Shown here one piece after another: positions 62,971-64,000 of a DNA stretch of 64,000 bases (positions within the stretch are counted from its first letter, which is position 1; each line of letters opens with the position of its first letter). The notes beneath the pieces were generated by a model, which did no database searches, was not told where the DNA came from, and worked only from the letters and a program-made list of their open reading frames with translations. Position numbers and translations under genes: made by a program. This DNA is from Callorhinchus milii (Eukaryota), in NCBI RefSeq assembly GCF_018977255.1, contig NW_024704742.1:73596001-73660000 (forward strand). The letters run 5' to 3'.

Positions 62971-64000
62971 CTAACACTAACTACTTTCGCTAACACTAAC
63001 TACTTTGCACACAAAATGCGCTATACCAAATTCAAGATCAATAGAACTAATTTCAACAAATAACTTGCACTTAGGTAGCACCTATCACAGGTGCTACCCT
63101 ACCATCTTTCCATCACAGATAAAAAATGGCAGAACAAAAGAGTTCCCCGCATTATAAGGACTAAAAAGTGGTTTATTTTACATGAAGCAATACAAAACAT
63201 TCTCATTACAGAAGACATTTTAAGTAGCAGAATAGTACAAAGTTGAAGTTCATCACAACAGTTTATAACAAACTGGGTGGTGTCATTTGCTGAAATAAAG
63301 TGAGGTATTTGTTCACATGATCTCTGGTGTAAACCTGAGTGGTTTTCTTTACCTTTGCAAGTAGAGTTCACTTAAGGTGATGTTTTTCCCATGTCATACA
63401 GTAGACTACAAAACTACATCCAGAGTTAAGTAAATGCAAGCCTTGATGTAATCATATTTATTGATCTGAATATTCTAAATAACACAACAGAAAATACTGA
63501 GAAACCACGTGACTCCCAATGCTCACTAATCTTTGTTCACCATTGAGTTGGCAGCAGGCGGACTTTTGCACAATTTGATACAGTAACACCATATGTTGCT
63601 GATTTATTGCCCTGGCATTTTTAGAGCAGTATGCATCACTCAGCAGTCAAAATTATTTTCAATACAATTATAAATAAGATTGACCTCTTGCTGACAAACA
63701 ACCATTCTGCCATAATTTCCGTTCTCGAGCTAACACTGCTTTGTGAACTTGTCATGGAATACGTTTCAGCCTTGTTTCACAGAAGTGACAGAAAGAGAAT
63801 TATGATGTTTGAGGCAGTCTCAAATAGGTCTCATGTTTTTATCCCTTTTGTTACATTTTTATATCATTTTACTCATCAGCACATTAATCAGTGTGGTAAT
63901 AAACATTCACTGCATAACATTTTTGGAAAGTCTAGGTGCTAGATAGTGCATCAGCCCTAATTGGTGTGAATTAGCATGATGAATAATGAGATTAATAATG

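Noticed and set aside
63352..63475. Minus-strand exon-like segment with good acceptor and donor
   Set aside because: Stop codons in all three frames; a coding exon cannot be supported.

Overview
Repeat-dense vertebrate non-coding DNA (intronic or intergenic). The repeat spectrum points to a cartilaginous fish, plausibly a holocephalan; this is inference. I could not support any host protein-coding exon: every recognisable ORF is a decayed retroelement. The window holds about 20 L2 LINE fragments, including one near-complete APE+RT copy at ~34.0-37.2 kb. It also has CR1 fragments, including an internally deleted ORF1+ORF2 mini-copy at 7.6-9.0 kb, and three relics of a LINE that is neither L2 nor CR1. 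There are two tRNA-type SINE families sharing one tail, one TIR element with an 8-bp TSD, and simple repeats. The most interesting signal is a family of short Penelope-type terminal repeats carrying a minimal hammerhead-ribozyme motif that insert as fold-back (inverted) units with 12-14 bp TSDs. One copy (44723-45089) has a ~135-bp spacer between its arms that copies genomic DNA ~470 bp downstream. The donor is bounded by CAGAACT...AGTTCTG, the same sequence as the inner ends of the arms. This suggests a template-jump plus snap-back mechanism that captures neighbouring DNA. Repeat boundaries are by-eye estimates unless a TSD or TIR is given.
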